In this document: piece by piece, positions 1 to 9,965 of the stretch
Layout: each line of letters begins with the position of its first letter
How positions within the stretch are numbered: the first letter of the stretch is position 1
Assembly: GCA_049516875.1 (NCBI GenBank)
Contig: JBEKSS010000007.1
Span: forward strand, 175,536 to 239,535
DNA from: Candidatus Bathyarchaeia archaeon
Lineage (GTDB): Archaea > Thermoproteota > Bathyarchaeia > Bathyarchaeales > Bathycorpusculaceae
Length of the DNA: 64,000 nucleotides
Reading direction: 5' to 3'
Translations under genes and position numbers: made by a program
Notes under the pieces: model-generated
Told to the model about the DNA's origin: nothing
Seen by the model: only the letters and a program-made list of their open reading frames with translations
Database searches by the model: none

Positions 1-324
1 TTCCCGGTGCCTAACTAGCATCGCCTCACCCATTATACTGGCATATGGACCACCGACAACTACAAAACACTCAGGAAAATGAGTCTTCACTTTGCTAACG
101 ACAGCAAGAGCCTGACGGGCATTTCCAATTGCAGAGGAAACCCCAACAACTTCAGGCCTCTCACGAGACAAAGACTCTTCGAGAGCGACTGAAGACTCAA
201 CGTTCAAGTCGATGATTTTCGCTTCAAATCCTTTATTCTTCAACATGGCCGCCAGATAGCCTAATCCAAGAGGGGGAACCCGAAACAAACTCTTTCCAAC
301 GGGCTGAACCAAGACAGCTTTCAT
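1..324 (-). CDS. Cobalamin-binding domain protein, probably a B12-dependent radical SAM enzyme (5' part; runs off the window edge)
   Basis: Not in the ORF track. Manual translation from the ATG at 324 gives MKAVLVQPVGKSLFRVPPLGLGYLAAMLKNKGFEAKIIDLN...PEVVGVS...VVVGGPYAS, the typical N-terminus of B12-binding radical SAM proteins. Confidence 0.85.
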   Translation of the reverse strand, partial: MKAVLVQPVGKSLFRVPPLGLGYLAAMLKNKGFEAKIIDLNVESSVALEESLSRERPEVVGVSSAIGNARQALAVVSKVKTHFPECFVVVGGPYASIMGEAMLVRHRE

Positions 325-526
325 GATATCCAACAACTAGCAGGAAATACCAAATAAGCCTGCCGTTAACAGTCCAAGCCCGCTTTAGTGTTGATGATAC
401 AGGAAATGATAGATACATCAAAGAAGGAACGAAGAAACCTAAAATTGTCCTCAATTCCAGAAGTAACAAGACGCGTGTTTGATGATTATCTGTTTAAGAG
501 TCCAAGGCGTTCGCGGGATTGGCCAG

Positions 527-907
527 TCATGTTCTTGTTATTACGATAGTAGCGGTCGCGCCCATGTCGGCGCTGACAGTGAAAACGTATGGCCCGTTTT
601 GGGGGACTGTCCATCCGAAATTGTAGAAGGTTTGAGATTCTTGGTCTAGTAGTTTTACAGTTGGGGAGTTCTGCTGTGCGGCTGCTAAATTCACGAGTTG
701 GCCGTTGCCTGAAACTTGGATTTGCAGTTGGTCGCCTTTGTTGAGTGCGAGATTGTATTGTGTTTCGTAGTCATTTTGAGTAAGAACGACAGTTTCGTTC
801 AGAAGGACAGTTGGCTGCGTGGGATGAGCTACCCGTGGGGCCAAAAACATGAGGCTTAACACTATGATAGCCAATGCAACGAGGAGAGATTGGACTTGGG
901 TCATCAA
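527..907 (-). CDS. Small membrane-anchored or secreted beta-rich hypothetical protein
   Basis: N-terminal hydrophobic helix followed by a beta-sandwich-like domain (126 aa). Confidence 0.65.
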   Translation of the reverse strand: MMTQVQSLLVALAIIVLSLMFLAPRVAHPTQPTVLLNETVVLTQNDYETQYNLALNKGDQLQIQVSGNGQLVNLAAAQQNSPTVKLLDQESQTFYNFGWTVPQNGPYVFTVSADMGATATIVITRT

Positions 908-1076
908 GGTGTTTCTTGTAACCTCTTTCTGATCTTGGAGGAATTTTACTAGTTGTTTAGGAGCGATTATGAGGTTTATGAAGAATCGATATAGATGCTG
1001 TATTCAGATTCTGGATATTCCTTCTGAAACATGATTTGGCGATAAGCGCTTTGTGTGTGCACGAATAGGTGTGTGT

Positions 1077-2240
1077 CTATTCAGTGAGCGAATGATGCCA
1101 GTTGATTATGTATTCGGGGAGCCTGAGACCTCTTTCGCCCAGTCTCTCAACCAGTCTCACGGGCAACGGGCTCAAAACATACGCAGCCCTCATGTAAAAC
1201 CTCCTAGGTTGCCCCGGCTTGACTTCCTCCTCCATGCCTATGTGGAGGTCTGACTTTTCTTTTAGAGTGGACTTTCTAGTTCCAGTGATTGACAAAACTG
1301 TTCCGTTCATTTTCTTCAATATTTCACACCACGCTATGACAGGTTTGGTCTCGCCAGAGTAAGAAACCAAGATTTCCAGGTCACCTGGCCTTGGCGGAGG
1401 AGTGTTTACACCCCTAGTGATGTAAACGTTGTCTCCGAGTGTGCTCTTGATGTGAAAGAGTCTTACGGCAGCCATCTTGACTATCTCGTTTGCCGTACCT
1501 TTTCCACCAAGAAAGACGTCTGTCCGTTTTTCAAGGATGTCTATAAGTCGTGAGTAGGTTTCAGATTCCGTTGTCGAGTCGATTATTGGTCCGAGCTTGG
1601 CGAACTCTTCTTCGCAGAGCTGAAGTATCTCATGTGCCTCAAGGTTTCGAAACATTGCCTCGGTCATCATGCATAGAAGGAGGAGGCTTCCCAGCTCGAA
1701 GATGTCTCCCATGATGCCTGTCTCGCTGTAGTCGAGGGAGGGTTTGGCTCTACCTCGCCCTATCAATTCGACAACGTGTCCGCATTTGTCGACAATCTCT
1801 GCGAGTGGTGAGTTCAAGTTGGAGGTTATGAGCCCCATGGAGAACTTGGAAGACTTCTTCTCGCCGATGTATTTTGAGAGGTCTTGGGCCATCACCAACG
1901 GATCGCCCGACACACCGCTTCCAGAGTTTATCAAGAGCAGGGTCTTGTTGTACCGCCTTTCGAACTCGGCTGCAGCGTCATACATGTTCTTCCCCGGAAA
2001 CCCTGGGTCGTCGGGAGTCAACACAACCTTATTTCTCCAGCCTATGTGGCTGATTGCTATTTGACTCATTGCCGCGTTGAGCGAATACAACGATCTGCCC
2101 GATCCCCCGCAAACCACGCAGTCGGCTGACTTCAAGTCTTCGTACAGTAATGCCAACTCTCTTTTTTTGATATTGAGCAAGTTGTCTCTGATTCTGTTGA
2201 TGTATCCGATGCGACTGACCTTGTTCCTTATCTCTATCAC
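1077..2240 (-). CDS. Tandem SIS-domain protein (duplicated 6-phospho-3-hexuloisomerase-like)
   Basis: Two SIS repeats: GGSGRS...INSGSG...ITSNLNSPLA...MGDIFE and GGKGTA...GDLEILVSYSGET...ITGTRKSTL. Confidence 0.75.
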   Translation of the reverse strand: MIEIRNKVSRIGYINRIRDNLLNIKKRELALLYEDLKSADCVVCGGSGRSLYSLNAAMSQIAISHIGWRNKVVLTPDDPGFPGKNMYDAAAEFERRYNKTLLLINSGSGVSGDPLVMAQDLSKYIGEKKSSKFSMGLITSNLNSPLAEIVDKCGHVVELIGRGRAKPSLDYSETGIMGDIFELGSLLLLCMMTEAMFRNLEAHEILQLCEEEFAKLGPIIDSTTESETYSRLIDILEKRTDVFLGGKGTANEIVKMAAVRLFHIKSTLGDNVYITRGVNTPPPRPGDLEILVSYSGETKPVIAWCEILKKMNGTVLSITGTRKSTLKEKSDLHIGMEEEVKPGQPRRFYMRAAYVLSPLPVRLVERLGERGLRLPEYIINWHHSLTE

Positions 2241-2389
2241 GCTCGACTTGATCCAAGACTCGGCGATTCTATATTTATCTTATGCGCACTAATTCAGGTC
2301 CTACCTCGCCAGAATCATGTATGTCCGACATAAACTTTTTTTGTTGGCTTTGCCTTTTGCTTTGACCAGATGTGTTGTGGAAAGCGTAA

Positions 2390-3388
2390 GTGAAGCTTTT
2401 GGAAAAGGCTATTGAAACGAGTGAGCTTACAAGGCGTTTTGGCGGACTTGTGGCAGTTGACAAGCTCAACATTTCCGTTGAGCGGGGGGAAGTCTTCGGT
2501 CTGTTAGGGCCTAACGGTGCGGGGAAGACGACGACGATTTCGATGCTTTGCACTATTTTGAAGCCCACTTCGGGTTCGGCGAGGGTTAACGGTTTTGACG
2601 TTGTGAAGCAGGATACGCAGGTACGGAAGTCGATTGGCATTGTTTTTCAGGATCCAAGCATTGATGACAGGCTTACGGGCAGGGAGAACCTTTACATGCA
2701 CGCTAATCTGTATGGTGTGCCGCCGGGCGAGCAGAAGTCGCGCATTGACAGGGTTTTGAAGTTGGTTGAGCTTGAGGACAGGGCTGACGATCTCATGCGA
2801 ACCTACAGTGGCGGGATGAGGCGTCGGTTAGAGATTGCAAGGGGGTTGATTCATTATCCGAAGGTTTTGTTTCTAGATGAGCCGACGATTGGGCTTGATC
2901 CTCAGACGCGGGAGCACATTTGGTCGTACATTGAGGATTTGAGGAAGGCTCATGATATTACTGTGGTTTTGACGACGCATTACATGGAGGAAGCGGACAG
3001 GCTTTCTGACCGTATAGCGATTATGGATTACGGTAAGATCGTGGCTTTGGACACGCCTGCTAAGCTTAAGGATACGCTTGAAGGCGACGTCATAACCGTC
3101 AAGACTAAGGAGGCTGCGAAGCTTTCTTCTGTTGTTGCTGTTACTGCAGGTGTTCTGAGGGCCAATATAGTTGGCGATGGGCTTGAACTCACGGTTCGTG
3201 GTGGAAGGGCTCTTTTGCCCAGGATAGTGGAAGCCGCGGCGAAAAACGGAGTTTTTGTTGAGTCGGTTTCTCTGCGCGAGCCGAACCTTGCAGACGTTTT
3301 CTTGCATTACACTGGTCGTGCGATTCGGGCTGAAGGCGGTGATGAGCTTCACGGTTTGTCAGCGATAAGGAGGAGGCGAATCAAATGA
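2390..3388 (+). CDS. ABC transporter ATP-binding protein (DrrA-like exporter)
   Basis: Walker A GPNGAGKT, signature YSGGM, Walker B LFLDEP, H-loop TTHY. Confidence 0.95.
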   Translation: MKLLEKAIETSELTRRFGGLVAVDKLNISVERGEVFGLLGPNGAGKTTTISMLCTILKPTSGSARVNGFDVVKQDTQVRKSIGIVFQDPSIDDRLTGRENLYMHANLYGVPPGEQKSRIDRVLKLVELEDRADDLMRTYSGGMRRRLEIARGLIHYPKVLFLDEPTIGLDPQTREHIWSYIEDLRKAHDITVVLTTHYMEEADRLSDRIAIMDYGKIVALDTPAKLKDTLEGDVITVKTKEAAKLSSVVAVTAGVLRANIVGDGLELTVRGGRALLPRIVEAAAKNGVFVESVSLREPNLADVFLHYTGRAIRAEGGDELHGLSAIRRRRIK

Positions 3389-4146
3389 CGGAGATCAGGG
3401 GCATTTACACGCTTTGGCTGCGTGAAATCAAACGTTACCTTAGGGACAGGGCGAGAATCGTGAGCAGCTTCGTCCAGCCGTTGCTTTGGCTGGTCATATT
3501 CGGCAGTGGCATCCGCTTCTCAGCAACTCAAATAGGCAACTTGACAACTCAGCAGTACATCTTCCCCGGAATTATCGGGCAGACGCTTCTGTTCACTTCA
3601 ATGTTTATGGGCATATCTGTCATATGGGACAGAGAATTCGGTTTTTTGAAGGAGATACTTGTGGCACCGATTTCACGTTTCTCAGTTTTCTTGGGCAAGA
3701 TGTTGGGCGACAGTACGGATGCTGTGATCCAGGGAGTTATCGTTTTCGTGCTGGGTCTGCTGTTGGGTATAAGGTTGAATCTTCTGATGTTTTTAGAGGT
3801 TTTGCCAATCATGATTCTTGTAACGTTCGGACTGGTGAGCATAGGGCTCACAGTGGCCAGTTTCATAGACAGCCTTGAGAGCTTCGGAGTAATACAGAGC
3901 TTCATAAACCTCCCCCTCTTCTTTCTCAGCGGCGCCCTTTTTCCACTACGCGGAGACATTCCAATCTGGTTGCAAATCGCCTCAAGTTTCAACCCGCTAA
4001 CCTACGGCGTGGACGCTTTGAGAACCATCATCTTGGGCAACGCATGGCCACCCTTGCACCCTCTATACTACAACATCCTAATGATATGCGTCTTTGACGT
4101 TGCCATGATGACCATCGGAACTCTCGCCTTCAGCAGAAGAAAATAG
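3385..4146 (+). CDS. ABC-2 type permease
   Basis: Six TM segments, DREFGFLKEILVAP, FFLSGALFP and NPLTYGVD motifs; 4-bp overlap with the ATPase gene. Confidence 0.93.
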   Translation: MTEIRGIYTLWLREIKRYLRDRARIVSSFVQPLLWLVIFGSGIRFSATQIGNLTTQQYIFPGIIGQTLLFTSMFMGISVIWDREFGFLKEILVAPISRFSVFLGKMLGDSTDAVIQGVIVFVLGLLLGIRLNLLMFLEVLPIMILVTFGLVSIGLTVASFIDSLESFGVIQSFINLPLFFLSGALFPLRGDIPIWLQIASSFNPLTYGVDALRTIILGNAWPPLHPLYYNILMICVFDVAMMTIGTLAFSRRK

Positions 4147-4320
4147 CTGTTCCCCAAACATGCTCATCACTTCGAGTGGCCATTCTTGCCAGCGTGGCCA
4201 ATGGCAAAGTCCTAATAAACTACCACGTTAGCGGTTATGAGTTCAAATCTCACCTGCCCTATATTCTTGGCGAACCAAAAGCTTGGACTTCACACGCGCC
4301 TTCGAATTACTCTGATACGT

Positions 4321-5676
4321 TCATTTGCCTTTTCCAACGCCTCTGTACGTGAGTCCGGCTTTGATTGCTGCGTCCTCAGCAAAGGCGTTTCTGCCGTCGA
4401 TCAGAACAGGCGTTGCCATTTTCTTCTGCAGTTTGCCGAGATCCAGTTTCAGATACTCTTTGTGCTTCGTTGATAGAATCACTGCGTCCGCATCTGTTAA
4501 TGCCTTGTCGAGGTCGTTTGTAAAGGGAAGGTCAAAGTTTCGCACGACGGGATCATGAAGCACAGGTTTTGCTCCTCGTTTCTTCAACTCTGCGAACAGA
4601 GTGGCTGAGGGAGTGTTTCTTGTGTCGTCGGAGTTTTCGATAAACGCCACACCGAGTATTGCTACCTTTGCCCCTTTCAACTTCCTACCGTGCTCTGCCA
4701 GTGCATCCTCAACTAGGTCGACAACGTGTTTCGGCATCGAATCATTGAGTTCACGGCTGGAAACGATGACTTTCGGCAAGAACTTGAATCTTCCATACTT
4801 GTCCAAACCGTACTTCAGCAGCCACGGATCTTTCGGCAGACAGTGCCCTCCCACACCCCCACCCGGATAATGCATATTTCTAATGGGATTTGACGCTGGA
4901 TTTGCAGGGTCGTTGGGCAACATGTTTACGAGTTCGCGCACCTTGTAGGCGTCAACTCCGAGGCTTTCGCATATGAGCCCCACTTCGTTTGCGAAGGCGA
5001 TGTTCACGTCTCTGTACGTGTTTTCCACCACCTTGGCCACTTCTGCCGTAAGAATATCCGTGGGGCAGAGCTTTGCCTTCACAATGTGCCCGTATAATTC
5101 CGTGGCGCGTTCAGTGCTCTCCTGGTTAATTCCTCCCACTACTCTCGGAAGATCCACGATGTTCCTGATCAGACGTCCTACCATTACTCTCTCGTAACAA
5201 AACGCCATGAAGAAGTCTTTCCCCGCCTTCATGCCTGAAGCCTTTTCCAGAAGAGGCTTCACAACGTTATCGGTCGTGCCAGGAGCCACGGTCGACTCAA
5301 TTACTACGAGCGCCCCTCGACGAATGTAGTTACCCACACTCGTGCTGACCTCTTCAACAGACTCATTATTGGGAACCTTTTTCTCATCAACAGGTGTTTG
5401 AACATCTATCAGAACTGCGTCCGCATCCTCGCATGTTGACACGTTCTCCACAACTTTAAACGTGCCTTTCTTCACAACGCGGGCGATGAGTTCAGACAGT
5501 CCCGGCTCGTCTCCGCCGATAGGATTCTTGCCCTCGTTCAGCCAGTCAATCTTCCAGCCTGACCGTTTAGACCTACGCTGCACGCCCATGACACTGAAGC
5601 CTTCCACGTCAGCGAAGAGCGTTGCCACGGGGATTCCCACATAACCCATGCCTATAACTACGATCTTTCTTACCAT
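4321..5676 (-). CDS. Nucleotide-sugar dehydrogenase (UDP-ManNAc/UDP-GlcNAc 6-dehydrogenase family)
   Basis: GMGYVG Rossmann motif, ESTVAPGTT, KVVENTYRDVNIAFANE, catalytic GGHCLPKD. Confidence 0.92.
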   Translation of the reverse strand: MVRKIVVIGMGYVGIPVATLFADVEGFSVMGVQRRSKRSGWKIDWLNEGKNPIGGDEPGLSELIARVVKKGTFKVVENVSTCEDADAVLIDVQTPVDEKKVPNNESVEEVSTSVGNYIRRGALVVIESTVAPGTTDNVVKPLLEKASGMKAGKDFFMAFCYERVMVGRLIRNIVDLPRVVGGINQESTERATELYGHIVKAKLCPTDILTAEVAKVVENTYRDVNIAFANEVGLICESLGVDAYKVRELVNMLPNDPANPASNPIRNMHYPGGGVGGHCLPKDPWLLKYGLDKYGRFKFLPKVIVSSRELNDSMPKHVVDLVEDALAEHGRKLKGAKVAILGVAFIENSDDTRNTPSATLFAELKKRGAKPVLHDPVVRNFDLPFTNDLDKALTDADAVILSTKHKEYLKLDLGKLQKKMATPVLIDGRNAFAEDAAIKAGLTYRGVGKGK

Positions 5677-5741
5677 GCACCATGCCAAATGAAAGTTGCC
5701 TATATCTTGCTTTCGCTTCTACACTACAAACCTAACCGCGC

Positions 5742-6245
5742 CTATTTCTTGCGTGTCTTTGGCGTCTGTGTAAGTTTGACGCCCACGGTTTTTGCCAATC
5801 GTTGCAGATCGTCGTCGTTCATCCATTCAGTCTTCAGGTATTCGCAGATTCTTTCATCGGTCATTCCTAGTCGTCTAGCTTCTTTAACCGCATGGCGGTA
5901 GGCTTCAACTTCTGTGGGCCTTTCAATGTATGCGTAGTCACTGTCAAACAGTTCTTTTCCTTCCATAAACTGTTTGACGTGAACCAGCTCGTGGATCACG
6001 TCGAGGTAAATGTCAACCATGTTACCCTCATTCAAATACCGCGCGCCGATTATGAGATGCCCATCGGTCTCGCTCACTCCCATGTAACCTCTTATCCCAG
6101 CAAACTCAACCTTAAGGTTACCGAGCACCTTCTCAGTTTCTCCGCCAAAAACCTCTCTAACCGCTCCAATGTTTTCAAAACCCTTGAAATACTCCATGAA
6201 GGAATACGTCGCAATCTTGACGTTGCGCGGTATCTTGACGTTCAA
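5742..6245 (-). CDS. Hypothetical protein with zincin-like HExxH motif
   Basis: IHELVHVKQ followed by PTEVEAY. Confidence 0.7.
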   Translation of the reverse strand: MNVKIPRNVKIATYSFMEYFKGFENIGAVREVFGGETEKVLGNLKVEFAGIRGYMGVSETDGHLIIGARYLNEGNMVDIYLDVIHELVHVKQFMEGKELFDSDYAYIERPTEVEAYRHAVKEARRLGMTDERICEYLKTEWMNDDDLQRLAKTVGVKLTQTPKTRKK

Positions 6246-6606
6246 CTGTGATTCTATTGCTGCCAGTCCTCCTGTTAGAGCCTATTTTGAAAGAACGCGA
6301 ATTAGTAAAATATCTTTCTGAACCCCTGTAAATTTTTATTCATCCATCTTGCATCAAACTTACCGAGCTTTGATGCTGTGAGAACTAATCTAGAGGATAG
6401 CGCACGAACCCTAGAAATGCCTATTTTGCCGAAAGCTAAACGAGTCCCCCACCTATTTGGCAATTAGCCAAATCGCTTATCAGTACGTCCGTCTATGGTT
6501 GAAGTAATTGCACCATGGGAATCTTAGCGGTTTAGCTTAACGATTTGTGTTATGGTTTTTCCTCAGCATAGTCAAATCTAGGATACTGTCCACTTATTCG
6601 GGATGA

Positions 6607-7320
6607 TTAGCTCTGCGTAGAAACTTGTTGTGGTAGTGACCGTCCAGTTAAGAGAAAATAGAGTGAGATTAGAATAACCACTGTACTTCCACCGATTGCC
6701 GCCGTTAAGTAGCTCATAGTATCCGCATATTCAACTCCTAAAGCATAATGAAACAACATTGCTATCCCAACAGCGAGAAAAGCACATAACACGACAACGG
6801 TCATAAATAGGGCAATCAACCCTAACACCTTATTGGAACGAATTTTATTCCAAAAACGTCTTAGCAAGCCACCTTTAGGTTTTGGCTTTTCTTCTAGGTT
6901 CTGAGGTGTTGGAATCGCTACTTCCTTTTCCTCTTGCCATGTTTCATAGATGCCGAAGAACACGGCTTTCCCAGTCAGAATTGAGTATCGATTATCTAGT
7001 ACAGCATAATATCTGCCCACTGTTTGAGGCATGAATACTACTGTTCCAAAATTGAATCTTGGTGCTATCAGAAAAGCCGAACTAGGTTGTTTCAGCAACC
7101 ATCTCTGAAAATTATCCTCATTCATTACTGAAAAGCCAATGTCGAGGTCAGTCCTACCAGTTGGTTGTATAACTCGTATTACGAAATTGATAACATCTTG
7201 TGGTTTTATTTCTGCAACATCAAACGGAATGCTATAAAATCCGTTTTGTCCAGCAGATAAAGAAAATGAAGTTACAGGCAGAATTTCTTTTCTTCTTGCC
7301 TGTGTTATTTTGACAGACAA
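6607..7320 (-). CDS. Hypothetical membrane protein (soluble N-terminal beta domain, two C-terminal TMs)
   Basis: 237-aa ORF in an AT-rich region; GRYYAVLDNRYS resembles GOLD-like beta sandwiches. Confidence 0.65.
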   Translation of the reverse strand: MSVKITQARRKEILPVTSFSLSAGQNGFYSIPFDVAEIKPQDVINFVIRVIQPTGRTDLDIGFSVMNEDNFQRWLLKQPSSAFLIAPRFNFGTVVFMPQTVGRYYAVLDNRYSILTGKAVFFGIYETWQEEKEVAIPTPQNLEEKPKPKGGLLRRFWNKIRSNKVLGLIALFMTVVVLCAFLAVGIAMLFHYALGVEYADTMSYLTAAIGGSTVVILISLYFLLTGRSLPQQVSTQS

Positions 7321-7457
7321 CTTATTTCCTCTCTGTTTTTCTCATATTCCTCTTTCAACTTCATACATTGTATTTGCTCATAGAACATCTTTTCATAAAC
7401 CCTAAATCGGATATGGACTATAACCAATGGTGTGTTCTAGAGGAGAAAGGGGGTGAT

Positions 7458-8123
7458 ATGATGAAAATTGGAAAGAACATGATTGTTGCTATAATGATTA
7501 CCTTCTGCTTCACTGCCACAATGTTTATGGCAATACCCATAAGAAGCCAATCTACAAGTCAACCTGACCCATGGGCAGACGTGAGCGGTCCTACTGCTGG
7601 AGTTCCAGACGGAATAGTCAACATGAGAGATATAGCTTACGAAGTTGTTCATTTCAACGATAACGTAAGCAATATGACTAGAGACGTGAACGTGATAAAC
7701 TGGCCAACCACACAGCCAGAACCAGCCTATCAAAGCTATGGAGTCTTCCTCTACATTCATCTCGATGATGGGTATGGTGGAAGCAGCCAGTACATTCCTG
7801 TCTATGGGTATAGTCGAATGTTTCTAAGTATTGAATTAGTGAACGCGAGTTATCAAGGAGTGCCCTTTAATACAACGGTTTCTCTGTGGTCAGTAGGTTG
7901 GAGCGGTGATGAGAATTACACTTACGGAGGCTGGGAAAATGTTCTTCAGGGCGTCCTTAATGCCACATACCTCGGCTATCAACTACCAGCGTACAGTCAA
8001 CAAGCTCCTGCAGAATTCAGCACCAAGAACTCCTATTGCAATCTCATTTTCACGGCCGTGTCTACGTTCGCAGGTTCTGTACAAATAGGATTCTACGTCC
8101 ATGTGTACTTAAGAAACGAGTAA
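7458..8123 (+). CDS. Secreted protein with dockerin/EF-hand-like motif
   Basis: Signal peptide, then ADVSGPTAGVPDGIVNMRDI; SD-like GGGGTGA before the ATG at 7458. Confidence 0.7.
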   Translation: MMKIGKNMIVAIMITFCFTATMFMAIPIRSQSTSQPDPWADVSGPTAGVPDGIVNMRDIAYEVVHFNDNVSNMTRDVNVINWPTTQPEPAYQSYGVFLYIHLDDGYGGSSQYIPVYGYSRMFLSIELVNASYQGVPFNTTVSLWSVGWSGDENYTYGGWENVLQGVLNATYLGYQLPAYSQQAPAEFSTKNSYCNLIFTAVSTFAGSVQIGFYVHVYLRNE

Positions 8124-8241
8124 CCAAACCCCTTTTTTACTTTCTTTGTCAACAAAGCAGAAGTCAATCTACCAAAGACATGAAAGCTGTGCAGATTTGA
8201 TTTCTCTCATATTCCTCTCTGAGTCTAGGTAGAGCCTTTTG

Positions 8242-8736
8242 TCATGCTGGAAAATTCATTATAGGCACAATAACTAAACGCAATAACCTCTTGTACAAGG
8301 GCTTCTTATTCTTCTTACGCCTTTGCCATATTGCCATTTGTAGAATGGCTGTATAGGGGGCTGGGTCTTCTTCCAAATAGGGAACCTTCGACTTAGAGTT
8401 AGCCTCATTAAAGAGTGGAATTGCGTCTTCTAGCGACATATGGATGGCGCCAGTAGCATAAGATGTCCAGTAAAATGTTCTCCAAACCATGTACACAAAT
8501 ACACAACCGATTGGAACGATCAGTAATAATGAGAAAATGACTTCGCTTGAGATATTCATAAAGAAATTATTCCAACTAGAAATGAGAACTACTGAACCAA
8601 TCATGATGGCAATTAGATAGCCAGCATGGTTTTGAACGTATGAATGGTATGAGATCAATAAGCACCTTCTTGTTTCTTCAAACTCCTTATTGCATATTTC
8701 GTCCTTCTTTGCTACCCAAGGTTTCTTTCCACTCAT
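8242..8736 (-). CDS. Hypothetical membrane protein
   Basis: 164-aa ORF with two TM segments. Confidence 0.55.
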   Translation of the reverse strand: MSGKKPWVAKKDEICNKEFEETRRCLLISYHSYVQNHAGYLIAIMIGSVVLISSWNNFFMNISSEVIFSLLLIVPIGCVFVYMVWRTFYWTSYATGAIHMSLEDAIPLFNEANSKSKVPYLEEDPAPYTAILQMAIWQRRKKNKKPLYKRLLRLVIVPIMNFPA

Positions 8737-8873
8737 TTTTGAACCTCAGTTTGTCTTCTGTTGCTGTGCCGATTTAAGATTTCTGTCTTTGAGGTTTTAC
8801 CTATGAGGGTTCTGATAACTCTTCGGGTTTTGCAAGTCAAAACTCTTCAGCGATAACTCTGGATAAGCTGTAA

Positions 8874-9965
8874 ATGTTTAAACAGTATTACTTAGAGAGT
8901 ATGGCGGAAATTTACAAAAAACTAGAGTCAGAAGCGAGTACCGTTCGTTATATAGTTCTGGTTCTTCTAGGGGCTGGGATCAACTTCACCGTGGGATTCG
9001 GATTTATGCTATCAAGCCTAACTGCCCTAGTTCAGTCACCATCTCAGGCTCTCACATCTACTGGGCTCCCAACATCAGTAGTTATTCTAGTTGTCTTTTA
9101 CTTTATAATAGGAGTAGTCTATTCGACCTCCATATCGCTAGCCTTTCAACCGAAGCGTATTATTTCTCCGCTGTACATCCAAATTACTACTTCAGCTTTT
9201 GTTCCTATCCTTATTCTGTCTATAGAACTGATGTCGCCAGTTCCCGATTGGGTTTCGTTTTCTGCGATTGCGCTCTTTTCTTTCCTGATTTCTTTCATAC
9301 TGTTCTTTGTTGCAGGTCTTGGACAAACACCGATAGTGAGGTATTTAGTGGGTTTGAATGGAACTAAAGAAAACACTAATTCGTTCGGGCTAGTGATAGA
9401 TGGTACGCTAGAGAATGTTCTGAAAATTATGAGAAATGATAGTTTTCAAGAAGCTCTCTCTATTGGAGAGGAACATAAAAATGGAGAGCATTCCTTCGTC
9501 TTCCGCACACTGTCAGCTAGAAAACAGCAACTTTTCATAGCTGTTATGACCGATCAAGACAATGAGAAAAAAACCCATCTAGCCACGGTGTCTTACGTAC
9601 AGACATATTATGGAATATCCAAGACAGGAGATCTCATAGAAGAAGGGCGGAAATACACTGTCAGGAGGGCTTTGAGAAAAGCAAAACTCACATACGATGA
9701 CGAAACTGACTCTCAAGCTCAGTTCGTTCCATATAATTATGCTCTTTCCATTACCGAATCGAAACTCTTGACTCTCAGAAGTCTGCCACCTCACTCCAAA
9801 GCCATTCTTATAGGCTTGGGATTAATGTTTTTAATAATGACTGTCTTATGGAAATTCAACTTCATTAGCCCCGAAATGGCCGAAACCTTCTGGATATTCG
9901 CTGGATTTGCAGCGTTGTTTGATCTATTGCCACTTCTGAAGACAAAACCAGAGAAGCAAAATTAG
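8874..9965 (+). CDS. Hypothetical multi-pass membrane protein
   Basis: 363 aa: four N-terminal TMs, a soluble central domain and two C-terminal TMs. Confidence 0.7.
   Translation: MFKQYYLESMAEIYKKLESEASTVRYIVLVLLGAGINFTVGFGFMLSSLTALVQSPSQALTSTGLPTSVVILVVFYFIIGVVYSTSISLAFQPKRIISPLYIQITTSAFVPILILSIELMSPVPDWVSFSAIALFSFLISFILFFVAGLGQTPIVRYLVGLNGTKENTNSFGLVIDGTLENVLKIMRNDSFQEALSIGEEHKNGEHSFVFRTLSARKQQLFIAVMTDQDNEKKTHLATVSYVQTYYGISKTGDLIEEGRKYTVRRALRKAKLTYDDETDSQAQFVPYNYALSITESKLLTLRSLPPHSKAILIGLGLMFLIMTVLWKFNFISPEMAETFWIFAGFAALFDLLPLLKTKPEKQN

Noticed and set aside
233-469. 78-aa ORF from the track
   Set aside because: Overlaps the convincing B12-binding gene in another frame
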